From contig CP070780.1 of NCBI GenBank assembly GCA_020346285.1, positions 164,265-223,882 of the forward strand: a stretch of 59,618 bases of DNA, read 5' to 3'. Positions 18,449 to 27,376 of the stretch are shown one piece after another. The translations under genes were made by a program, and so were the position numbers. The stretch comes from Candidatus Omnitrophota bacterium (lineage in GTDB: Bacteria > Omnitrophota > Gorgyraeia > JABMRN01 > RBG-13-46-9). The notes beneath the pieces are model-generated. The model worked only from the letters and a program-made list of their open reading frames with translations, did not search any database and had not been told where the DNA came from. Positions within the stretch are counted from its first letter, which is position 1. Every line of letters begins with the position of its first letter.

Positions 18449-19686
18449 GTAAAACTTTTTTCCAGCGTCAGAGCTGTCGTTTATGCGGGGGAAATGATTT
18501 AAAGAATGTTTTACCGCTTACGCCAACGGCACTTTGCGATGCATTTGTTTCTCCAGAGAACATTAACCAGGAACAGGAAATCTATCCGCTGGATCTCTTT
18601 ATGTGTTCCGATTGCGGATATGTGCATTTGCCTTACGTGGTTAACCCTGAGATCATATACCGTGATTATATTTACAGCACTACGAGCTCGCTGGGATTAT
18701 CCGAGCACTTTCAGAGCTATTCTGAGGAAGTGATGCACCGTATAAATCCTTCTAAAGGTGCCTTGGTGGTGGATATCGGCAGTAATGACGGCACATTGCT
18801 AAAATTTTTCAAAAAGAGGGGTATGCGTATATTGGGAGTTGAGCCAGCCAATGAAATTGCTCGAAAAGCAACGACATCAGGCATTGAGACCCTGCCGGAT
18901 TTCTTTAGCTCTGAGTTGGCCGACAAAATCGTAAAGGATTTCGGCCCTACCACGATAGTTACAGTTAATAACCTGTTTGCCAATATTGATGATTTGGAGG
19001 GATTCACCAAGGCTATTTGTAAACTTCTTACGCCTGAAGGTGTTTTTGTTGTCGAATCCTCCTACTTGGGCGACATGATGCAAAACATGGTTTTTGACTT
19101 TATTTACCATGAACACCTGTCTTATTTTTTGATAAAGCCTCTAATAGGCTTCTTCCGTCGTTTTAACATGGAGTTGATCGATGTCGAGCATGTGCCCACT
19201 AAAGGAGGTTCCCTGCGTTACTATTTCCAGTTAAAAGGCGGACCTAGATATATCTTGCCATCTGTTGCCAAGATGATAGCACATGAAGATTCTCTTGGTC
19301 TGGATCGGCCTGAAACCTTTAAAGCCTTTTCTGACAAAATCGACAGTAGAAAATCCCAACTTATGAACAAGTTAGGCGAGCTTAATTCGCAGAAAAAAAC
19401 TATTGCAGGTTACGGTGGCTCGGCAACTACTACTACGCTGATACATCATTTTGGTCTGGGTAAGATGATGGACTATATTGTTGATGATAATCCAGCGAAA
19501 CAAGGCACATTTAGCCCTGGTTACCACATCCCTGTATTTCCATCAGGGCTCTTATATAAGCGAAAACCCGACTATGTGCTTATTCTGGCCTGGAGATACG
19601 CCAAGCCGATTATGAAGAAACACCGGGCATTTTTGGAACAGGGCGGGCATTTCATTGTGCCTTTGCCTGAACTTGAGGTGATTTAG
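18445..19686 (+). CDS. NDP-sugar C-methyltransferase family (Zn-ribbon, class I MT, C-methyltransferase C-terminal domain; TylC3-like architecture)
   Basis: N-terminal CRLCGG...CSDCGY zinc ribbon. Motif I VVDIGSNDGTLL. Long C-terminal domain ending IAGYGGSATTTT...PGYHIPV. GTG start. Confidence 0.7.
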   Translation: MSKTFFQRQSCRLCGGNDLKNVLPLTPTALCDAFVSPENINQEQEIYPLDLFMCSDCGYVHLPYVVNPEIIYRDYIYSTTSSLGLSEHFQSYSEEVMHRINPSKGALVVDIGSNDGTLLKFFKKRGMRILGVEPANEIARKATTSGIETLPDFFSSELADKIVKDFGPTTIVTVNNLFANIDDLEGFTKAICKLLTPEGVFVVESSYLGDMMQNMVFDFIYHEHLSYFLIKPLIGFFRRFNMELIDVEHVPTKGGSLRYYFQLKGGPRYILPSVAKMIAHEDSLGLDRPETFKAFSDKIDSRKSQLMNKLGELNSQKKTIAGYGGSATTTTLIHHFGLGKMMDYIVDDNPAKQGTFSPGYHIPVFPSGLLYKRKPDYVLILAWRYAKPIMKKHRAFLEQGGHFIVPLPELEVI

Positions 19687-19687
19687 G

Positions 19688-20773
19688 ATGAATAAGATTT
19701 CTTGGTGGCGGACAGATTTCGGTAAAGACGAGGTACGCAAAATAAGAGAGTCAATTCTCCATGAGCATGTGAGCCAGGGGCCTGTCACGGCTGAGTTCGA
19801 GGCATCCCTTGCCGAGGTTCTCGGGGTTCCGTATGTCGTCGCAACCACGAGCGGAAGTATGGCGCTGTTGATGGCTTTGCTTGCCGCAGGGATCGGCCCC
19901 GGCGATGAGGTTGTCGTTCCAAATCGAACATGGATTGCTACAGCTCATGCACCGCTGCTTTTGGGTGCAAAAGTAGCGCTGGTAGATGTTGAATCCGAGT
20001 ATCCAATTATGGATGTAACCCAACTTGAGAGAAAGATTACCCCGCGAACCAAGGTGATAATGCCGGTTCATTTGAATGGTCGGGCAGCGGGGATGGAAGA
20101 GGTAAGTAAAATTGCAGCTTGCCACCAGCTGCGAATAATCGAGGATGCGACTCAAGCATTTTGTTCAAGGAATACAAAAGGTTTGCTCGGCACCCAATCC
20201 GACGCAGGCTGTTTTTCACTGGCAATTGCCAAACTCATTTCTACCGGCCAGGGCGGGTTTGTTGTTACTAGAGATAAACAGGTTTACAAAAGGCTGAAGA
20301 TGATGCGTACCCATGGCGTGGACGATGTGATTGACGTTTCATACACTGATATGGGGTTTAACTTCAGGTTTACCGATATCCAGGCATCAATAGGAATTGC
20401 TCAACTTAGCAACCTTCCGAAAAGGATTGCAAAGATAAAGGCTATCTATACAAGATATAGAGATGCGATGCATGAATTTCCTTTCCTGAAGTTTATCCCT
20501 GTTGATATTGTCAGGGGTGAGTTGCCGATTTACATCGAGGTTCTATGCCCCGAACGTAAAAAGCTTATGCAATTTTTAGCTGACCGCGATATTCAAACAA
20601 GACCTTTTTACCCTGATTTGAATCATGCAGCGTATTTCGGAAGTAAAGAGCGCTTTCCGAACTCAGAGGTTTTCGGTGAGCAGGGCCTTTTCCTTCCGTG
20701 TGGTCCGGGCCAGCCGCTGGAGAATGTGGACAGGGTAATCGAAGCCCTGCGTGCGTTTGGAGATAGTCTATGA
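19688..20773 (+). CDS. DegT/DnrJ/EryC1/StrS-family PLP-dependent sugar aminotransferase
   Basis: ATTSGSMALLMALLAAG. Candidate PLP lysine in CFSLAIAKLISTGQGGFVV. 361 aa. RBS gaggtga. Confidence 0.85.
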   Translation: MNKISWWRTDFGKDEVRKIRESILHEHVSQGPVTAEFEASLAEVLGVPYVVATTSGSMALLMALLAAGIGPGDEVVVPNRTWIATAHAPLLLGAKVALVDVESEYPIMDVTQLERKITPRTKVIMPVHLNGRAAGMEEVSKIAACHQLRIIEDATQAFCSRNTKGLLGTQSDAGCFSLAIAKLISTGQGGFVVTRDKQVYKRLKMMRTHGVDDVIDVSYTDMGFNFRFTDIQASIGIAQLSNLPKRIAKIKAIYTRYRDAMHEFPFLKFIPVDIVRGELPIYIEVLCPERKKLMQFLADRDIQTRPFYPDLNHAAYFGSKERFPNSEVFGEQGLFLPCGPGQPLENVDRVIEALRAFGDSL

Positions 20774-22239
20774 AATCAAATACAATCAGAAAGATTATGC
20801 TTACAGTTCCTAACGGCCTCTGGTTCCGCAATAGGACGTTCAAGCTTATTCCCTATAATCTCGCACTCCTGCAAGCGGTTATCCCTCGGGAATATGAAGT
20901 TTGTATCCTTGACCCTAATCTTGAAAATCTTAGTATTGAACAAGTAGGCGAAAAAATTAATGCTTTTCGCCCTGATATGGTTGGAATAACTGCAAGTTCC
21001 TTGGAGTTTTCAAAGAGCGTGCATAAAATGGCAGAGCTTACTAAAACAATAAGCCCTACTACGTTAGTTATACTAGGTGGTGCCTACGCTACCGTGACGC
21101 CTGAGTTTCCAATGGAAGATACGAATATTGATTTTGCCATTCTTGGTGAGGGAGAAGAGCGATTTCCCATGCTTCTGGAAATGTTGAAAAAAGGAGACAA
21201 AGATTTTACTAAATTTGACGGTCTCGCTTACAGAAAAAACAGTAAAGTTATCATAAATTCAATGAAGAGTTTTATTGAAAATCTGGATAAACTGCCCTTC
21301 CCGGCTTATGACAAGTTTAATTACCGTACCTATGCCAATAGACCCGATAAGTATGCCAATACGCTCCTTCCCAAATATTACCCTTATGCGGTTACCTCTA
21401 CGTCAAGAGGATGTCCCTTTGATTGTATATACTGCCATACATGGGCGAAGGATGGCAAGAAGACGAGGTTCAAGTCGGCCGAGAGGGTGTTGGAGGAGAT
21501 AGATTGGCTGGTAAATGATTACGGCACCAAAGAGCTAATTTTTCTGGACGACAATTTCAACCTGAATAGGCCGCGGTTCGTGAAAATATTAAAGGGTTTA
21601 ATTAAAAAGAATTATAATCTGCATTGGAAGTCCATCAACATCACGGCATTTCTGCTGGATGAAGAGTTGCTGGAATTAATGAAGGCAAGCAAGTTGTATC
21701 AATTAATCCTTCCGATTGAATCCGGCAACCAGTACGTTTTAGACAAGATACTGCGTAAGCCCTTGAAACTGGAGAAGATGCTTGCGATAATTAAAAAAGC
21801 CAAGGAGCTCGATTTTGAAATAGCTGCTGATTTTATAATTGGAATTCCCGGCGAAACGTGGGATCAGATACGGGATACCACGCGCTTTGCCGACGTGATT
21901 GACGTTGACCTTGTCCTCTTTCACATCGCTACGCCTATTCCCAAGACAGAACTCTACGATATAGCGAAGCGGAATAACTATCTTGGTAAGGATTTCGACT
22001 TTAGGTCACATAAGTTTTTCGGATTCGGGCGCGGCTATATTACAACCGATGAGTTTAGTCCTTATGATTTACATAGATTAAGGGCTTTTGAATGGGACAG
22101 GATAAATTTTAAGACCCAGCGAAAAAAAGAGCGTTATGCAATGATGGCAGGGATTAGTTTGGAGGAATTAGACAAGTGGCGGAAAGAGACGATAAAGAAT
22201 GCCGGGCTATATTTTCCCGAACATACCCATGTGGCGTGA
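20770..22239 (+). CDS. B12-binding-domain radical SAM protein (class B type)
   Basis: N-terminal B12-binding-like region (MVGITASS...VILGGAYAT...AILGEGE) followed by SRGCPFDCIYCHTW. ATGA overlap with the upstream aminotransferase gene. Confidence 0.85.
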   Translation: MKSNTIRKIMLTVPNGLWFRNRTFKLIPYNLALLQAVIPREYEVCILDPNLENLSIEQVGEKINAFRPDMVGITASSLEFSKSVHKMAELTKTISPTTLVILGGAYATVTPEFPMEDTNIDFAILGEGEERFPMLLEMLKKGDKDFTKFDGLAYRKNSKVIINSMKSFIENLDKLPFPAYDKFNYRTYANRPDKYANTLLPKYYPYAVTSTSRGCPFDCIYCHTWAKDGKKTRFKSAERVLEEIDWLVNDYGTKELIFLDDNFNLNRPRFVKILKGLIKKNYNLHWKSINITAFLLDEELLELMKASKLYQLILPIESGNQYVLDKILRKPLKLEKMLAIIKKAKELDFEIAADFIIGIPGETWDQIRDTTRFADVIDVDLVLFHIATPIPKTELYDIAKRNNYLGKDFDFRSHKFFGFGRGYITTDEFSPYDLHRLRAFEWDRINFKTQRKKERYAMMAGISLEELDKWRKETIKNAGLYFPEHTHVA

Positions 22240-22251
22240 GATTCTGACGCG

Positions 22252-23427
22252 ATGAAGTTGTTACGGAAAAGCCTAACTTTGCTTTTGATGGTGCTGATGC
22301 TGCCGGTGGTTTTTCTTATGCGCGTGTTACGGCCACTAGTGACAATACGCATTGGGCCTCTACTCTCGAGAAGAATCGGCCATTTCATAGATAATACGGA
22401 GATATATCTGTGTGAACGTGACCGAGGGATACACAATAGTCGGACATTCGACATTTTCTACCACTATCTCCCGATTTCTAATCAGCAGGTAAAGAAAATG
22501 TGGGAGAGGACAGGAAAATTACGCATCTCTCCTTTTGCTAAGTTTACGCATACCCTGGACAGAGTTAATCGTCTGCTACCGGGCGGTAAGCCGCATACGA
22601 TTTTAACACCGGACATGGATTTCTACGGCCTCCGTGCAGCTACGAAACCGTATCTTTCTTTTACGCCCGAAGAGGAGCGTCTGGGCCGCGAGGAACTCCG
22701 GAAACTGGGCATATCTGGTGGCAGGCCTTTTATCTGTTTTCATGCCCGAGATTCAGCCTACCTGCGTGACGCGTATCCTGATTATAACTGGCGCTATCAG
22801 GATTGTAGGGATTCGAGCATTCATAACTATATCCCTGCAGCGGAGGAGTTGGCGCGCGAGGGGTATTTTATGGTTAGGATGGGTGCTATAGTAAAGGAGG
22901 CGTTGAAGACCAAAAACCCCATGATTATTGATTATGCCGTAAAAGGCAGAACAGATTTTCTAGATATATACCTGGGCGCTAAATGCCGATTTTTTATCTG
23001 TGACGGCAGTGGTGCTTCCAGCATACCCATGGCTTTTAGGCGGCCAATAGTTTGGGTAAATTATGTTCAGCTTGAATTTATACCTATTTGGGGGATACAG
23101 GATTTATTTATTCCCAGGAAGCTTTGGCTGCGGAAAGAGCGTCGGTTTTTGACCCTTAGCGAAATCATAAATTCGGATATAAAAAGATTTTTCAGTGAAC
23201 AGTATGAACAATTGGGAATAGAAGTTGTGGAAAACACCCCGGAAGAAATCAGGGTTGTGGCTCTGGAAATGGATGAACGACTAAAGGGAACATACAAGAC
23301 CACCGGGGAAGATGAGGAATTGCAACGGCGTTTCTGGTCAGTTTATAAAGAGCGCTGGCCACATAGAAAAATTCTATCGCGGATTGGCGCTGAATTTTTG
23401 CGTCAAAACCTGGAATTTTTGGAATAG
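22252..23427 (+). CDS. membrane-anchored protein of unknown function, paralog B of 17121..18386
   Basis: Same architecture, with long identical peptide runs (RRIGHFI.NTEIYL, TFDIFYHYLPISN, KPYLSFTPEEERLGR, DSSIHNYI, RTDFLDIYL.AKCRFFICD, VENTPEEI, RIGAEFLRQN). Confidence 0.45.
   Translation: MKLLRKSLTLLLMVLMLPVVFLMRVLRPLVTIRIGPLLSRRIGHFIDNTEIYLCERDRGIHNSRTFDIFYHYLPISNQQVKKMWERTGKLRISPFAKFTHTLDRVNRLLPGGKPHTILTPDMDFYGLRAATKPYLSFTPEEERLGREELRKLGISGGRPFICFHARDSAYLRDAYPDYNWRYQDCRDSSIHNYIPAAEELAREGYFMVRMGAIVKEALKTKNPMIIDYAVKGRTDFLDIYLGAKCRFFICDGSGASSIPMAFRRPIVWVNYVQLEFIPIWGIQDLFIPRKLWLRKERRFLTLSEIINSDIKRFFSEQYEQLGIEVVENTPEEIRVVALEMDERLKGTYKTTGEDEELQRRFWSVYKERWPHRKILSRIGAEFLRQNLEFLE
22277..23427 (+). 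repeat. diverged direct repeat, copy 2 (paired with 17229..18386); boundaries approximate
   Basis: See copy 1. The similarity continues a few nt past both stop codons (tttt.gaata.ga...atgaaa). Confidence 0.8.
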
Positions 23428-23435
23428 GAGGCAGA

Positions 23436-24674
23436 ATGAAATCTGACAATAAACACATCTCTGTCCATCATATAGGCGCGAGGTCCGGAAGTAGAGCCTT
23501 TCCCATCCTTAACAGGTTTGAAAAGGATATTATAAATGTGCTCTATGATATGGACCCTGACTGCCTTCGGCAAATTCGGGAAAGAAATCAAAATCTTAAG
23601 TCAGAACTTCATGTTTTACCATATTGCTTGGGTGATACTTGTAAAAAGACTTATGTCAATATCAACTATGATCCGTATACCAGCTCACTCTACGAATTGA
23701 ATCCTAACTATAACGAATACTATGAGTTTAATTGCGACCATGATTATCTTTTATCAGAAGCTTGCAGGACAATGGAAAAGCGCCCCGTTGAATTGGTGAC
23801 TATAGACCATATTTTTCAGTCAAAAGGTACCGGGATGCCTCCCCCTGATTTTCTCTCTATCGATACTGAGGGTTCAGAATACGAAATACTATTAGGTGCA
23901 AGAGAAACTTTAAAATCGGATATTGTAGCAGTAGTCCTGGAAGCCGAGTTTCACCCGTTCCGTAAAGGACGAAAACTTTTTGGAGACCAGGTTAAACTTT
24001 TGTCCGATCAGGGGTTTGAGTTTGCGAGATTTCTTAACATACAGGAAGCATCTCCATTTAGGGCCCCGATTGGTCTTCGTGCCGAAGGATTCCACGCGGC
24101 TTCCGATGTTCTTTTTTTAAGACGGCCGGATAATATAGATGTTGAGAGAAACAAGCTTAAAAATTATCTTATGTTACGAAAGTTAGCTTTCATAGCCATT
24201 GCATTTAGTCAGTTTGAATATGGGATAGAATGTTTACGCCGGAGTAAAGATTTAATTGGTCATCATCGCCCGGATAGACAAGAAGAACCTGTTTATATGA
24301 GGTTCCTGAGAGAACTCGAGCAACATATAGAGAGAATGCCGCAGATTTTTCCTCCTACATTTGCTACGAAATATCCGTCATTCGCTGCGAGTAAATCGCG
24401 TTTTGAAAATTCCACTACCAATAAAATGAGAAATCCGACCGGGACGGCGCACCGGATTAAACAACTATTGAGACAGATTTCCGTATTGTATCCATTATTA
24501 AAACGCATTAAATGTATTTTTGATAAACTTTTTTCTAAAGTAGTTTTTTCTATAAAATTGATGTTGACGCGAAAGACTGGTATCGAGGCCCTCCTTATTC
24601 AATACGGTCTGAAGGCCCATGCGAATATACTCAGGAGAAACAGGATTATCCAAACGCAATTTCTCAAGAAATAA
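23436..24674 (+). CDS. FkbM-family methyltransferase with a ~180-aa C-terminal extension
   Basis: VHHIGARSGSRAF and FLSIDTEGSEYEILLGA match FkbM-family hallmarks. RBS aggagg. I did not recognise the C-terminal half. Confidence 0.65.
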   Translation: MKSDNKHISVHHIGARSGSRAFPILNRFEKDIINVLYDMDPDCLRQIRERNQNLKSELHVLPYCLGDTCKKTYVNINYDPYTSSLYELNPNYNEYYEFNCDHDYLLSEACRTMEKRPVELVTIDHIFQSKGTGMPPPDFLSIDTEGSEYEILLGARETLKSDIVAVVLEAEFHPFRKGRKLFGDQVKLLSDQGFEFARFLNIQEASPFRAPIGLRAEGFHAASDVLFLRRPDNIDVERNKLKNYLMLRKLAFIAIAFSQFEYGIECLRRSKDLIGHHRPDRQEEPVYMRFLRELEQHIERMPQIFPPTFATKYPSFAASKSRFENSTTNKMRNPTGTAHRIKQLLRQISVLYPLLKRIKCIFDKLFSKVVFSIKLMLTRKTGIEALLIQYGLKAHANILRRNRIIQTQFLKK

Positions 24675-24691
24675 GAGAGAAGGATTATTAA

Positions 24692-26464
24692 ATGAAAGCG
24701 ATAGATTTTGTCTACAAAATTTTTAGAAAATTTCCTTTTTTACTCATTGCCAATACGGCGCTCTTAATTGCCGTGAGTTTGTTTGGTGCCTGCTCCCTCT
24801 TGACCATAAGCCCGGTTATCGACCTTTTAATTCATCCGGACCTTCAGGGGGTTAGCCCTCTTACCAGTAGAGCAATTGGGATACTTGAGTTTTTCGGCCT
24901 GCCTGTAACCTTGCGGAATTGGATGATCATTTTTACAATTTTTGTAAGTCTTAGCAGCATATTTTATGTTTTTGCCAGGCGCTCGATTTTAAGAACTGTA
25001 TACGCAGTATTACGAGAAATAATGATGGGGACGTTTGAAGATTTTTTTAATGCCCGCTGGTACTTCTTTAGCAGTAGCAAGCAAGGAATGCTTTTAAATA
25101 CCTTTACTCGTGAACTTACTGTTGTCAGCCTGGCCTTTGGCGCGATAGCGTATCTTTTTGCCTGCACAACGCAGCTGATTTTGTTTCTGGTGATACCTTT
25201 TTATCTTTCCTGGCAGGTAGCCACTATCAGCTTAAGCGCTGCCTTGGTATTTACCCTGCCGTTTATCTTGCTGGGGAAATATAGTTACCGGTGGGGCACC
25301 TTGAATACCAGAACGGCCAATCAGATGACTTCGGTTGTCCAGGAAAATTTTAGTTTGGCTAAGCTTATAACGGGATTCGGCAATCAGCACAAAAGTATTG
25401 AGAGCCTTGGCAGGGCTTTTGACGCTCATCGCTGCGTCACTATTAAATCACAGGTTCTCAACAGCGCCGTTCCGGTACTCTATCGTCCGTTTGGCGTGAT
25501 TATGATTGGTATTGCGTTGTTCAGCGCGCGCAGGTTTAATGTTCCTTTATCGGAAACAACTGTGCTACTCTTATCTTTAACGCAAGTCGCCGTTGCCATC
25601 AGTAATGTGACAATGCATAAAAACTCTTTAGAGAACTTTTCTCCCAGCTATGAACAGATCGAAGCCTTAAGACATCGGGCCCAACAGCTAAAGCAGGTTT
25701 CAGGGTCCAGGCAATTTAGGGGTTTCGACCACGAACTACTTATCGAGGGACTTTCTTTTGCCTATCCTGAGCACAAACCAGTTTTGCTTGATATCAATGT
25801 GCGCGTTCCCAAAGGGAAAATGGTAGCTTTCGTGGGAGAATCAGGGTCAGGCAAATCAACGTTTATTGATATAATACTGGGGTTTTATCAACCGACGAAG
25901 GGCACAGTCCTGATTGATGAAGTTCCCTTGCAGAATTTTGATATAAAGTCATATAGGCATCGGGTTGGTTATGTACCACAGGAAAGCGTCTTATTCAATA
26001 CGAGTATTCGAGACAACCTCCTCTGGTCCAAAGAAAATGCTACCGAAAGAGAGATTAAAGAAGCCTGTCAACAGGCGCATGCGGATGAATTTATCGAAAG
26101 ATTGTCTCAAAGATACGATACCTTGGTGGGGAATCGTGGCATTCGACTGTCAGGGGGGCAGGTTCAGCGGATTGCCTTGGCAAGAGCGATACTACGAAAG
26201 CCGGATATTTTAATTCTAGATGAAGCTACCAGTTCTCTGGATACACATTCTGAACGGCTGATTCAGCAGGCTATCGAAAACATTGCAAAAAAAACCACCA
26301 TCATAATCGTTGCCCACCGGCTTTCCACGATTGTGAACGCGAATTTTATATATGTTTTTAAAAAAGGGCGTATTATAGAGGAGGGAACCTACGCCGAACT
26401 TATCCGGATGGACGGCGAATTCCACCGGATGACTAAGTTGCAGGTTTTGGAGACAGTTAGTTAA
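24692..26464 (+). CDS. ABC exporter, fused permease and ATPase (MsbA/PglK-like half-transporter)
   Basis: Hydrophobic N-terminal half. Walker A GESGSGKST, signature LSGGQVQRIALARA, Walker B ILILDEATSSLD. 590 aa. Confidence 0.9.
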   Translation: MKAIDFVYKIFRKFPFLLIANTALLIAVSLFGACSLLTISPVIDLLIHPDLQGVSPLTSRAIGILEFFGLPVTLRNWMIIFTIFVSLSSIFYVFARRSILRTVYAVLREIMMGTFEDFFNARWYFFSSSKQGMLLNTFTRELTVVSLAFGAIAYLFACTTQLILFLVIPFYLSWQVATISLSAALVFTLPFILLGKYSYRWGTLNTRTANQMTSVVQENFSLAKLITGFGNQHKSIESLGRAFDAHRCVTIKSQVLNSAVPVLYRPFGVIMIGIALFSARRFNVPLSETTVLLLSLTQVAVAISNVTMHKNSLENFSPSYEQIEALRHRAQQLKQVSGSRQFRGFDHELLIEGLSFAYPEHKPVLLDINVRVPKGKMVAFVGESGSGKSTFIDIILGFYQPTKGTVLIDEVPLQNFDIKSYRHRVGYVPQESVLFNTSIRDNLLWSKENATEREIKEACQQAHADEFIERLSQRYDTLVGNRGIRLSGGQVQRIALARAILRKPDILILDEATSSLDTHSERLIQQAIENIAKKTTIIIVAHRLSTIVNANFIYVFKKGRIIEEGTYAELIRMDGEFHRMTKLQVLETVS

Positions 26465-26473
26465 TAAAGATAA

Positions 26474-27376
26474 ATGATGATTAGTAAAAGAAACATCTTG
26501 ATAACCGGCTCCTCCGGCATGTTGGGCGTTGATCTCGGCAGCGAACTCGCGAGAGATTATAATATTATTGGTATGGATGTTAAGCCATCAGCCGTCAACC
26601 ATCAGCTTTCAGCTTTTATAAAATGTGACATAACGGACAAGGATAGGATCATAAAATCTGCGAGAGATGCAAAACCGGATTTAATAATTCACACAGCTGC
26701 CTGGACGGATGTTGATGGGTGCGAGGAAGAACCTGAAAAGGCAAAAAAGATAAATCAGAAAGGTACGGAAAATGTTGCAATTTCGACTTCAGAATTGAGC
26801 ATTCCTTTAATATATATAAGCACTGATTTTGTATTTGACGGAAATAAAAAAGCCCTCTATACCGAAAACGATCTGCCTAACCCTGTAAATATTTACGGCA
26901 AATCCAAATTAGAAGGAGAAAAAAAAGTCGCAGCGTTGAATAAATATATTATATTGAGGACAGGCTGGATGTTTGGTGTGAATGGAAAGAATTTTGTTGA
27001 TACAATACTGGATAAAGCTAAAGCCAAGAAAGAGATAAAAGTTGTAGATGACCAAATCGGATGTCCCACATATACGAAAGACTTTGCAACGGCAATTGGC
27101 AAGTTGCTTTCGGTAGTCCCCATACGAGACACACGAGAAATATATCACATAACAAACAAGGGAGCGGTTACATGGTTTGATTACACGAAAGAAATAATAA
27201 AAATACGAGGGGTAGATAATATACAATTGGTGCCGATAAAAAGCGACCAACTTAATAGACCAGCTAAAAGACCCGCCTTTTCGGTATTGGATAACAGTAA
27301 GTTTGAAAAGGCAACAGGTTTCGTCATGAGACCATGGCGAGATGCACTTAGGGAGTATATAAATGCGAAAAAATAA
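26474..27376 (+). CDS. rmlD: dTDP-4-dehydrorhamnose reductase
   Basis: ILITGSSGMLG, YGKSKLEGE (YxxxK), RTGWMFG, and the C-terminal RPAFSVLDNSK pattern typical of RmlD. 300 aa. Confidence 0.8.
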   Translation: MMISKRNILITGSSGMLGVDLGSELARDYNIIGMDVKPSAVNHQLSAFIKCDITDKDRIIKSARDAKPDLIIHTAAWTDVDGCEEEPEKAKKINQKGTENVAISTSELSIPLIYISTDFVFDGNKKALYTENDLPNPVNIYGKSKLEGEKKVAALNKYIILRTGWMFGVNGKNFVDTILDKAKAKKEIKVVDDQIGCPTYTKDFATAIGKLLSVVPIRDTREIYHITNKGAVTWFDYTKEIIKIRGVDNIQLVPIKSDQLNRPAKRPAFSVLDNSKFEKATGFVMRPWRDALREYINAKK

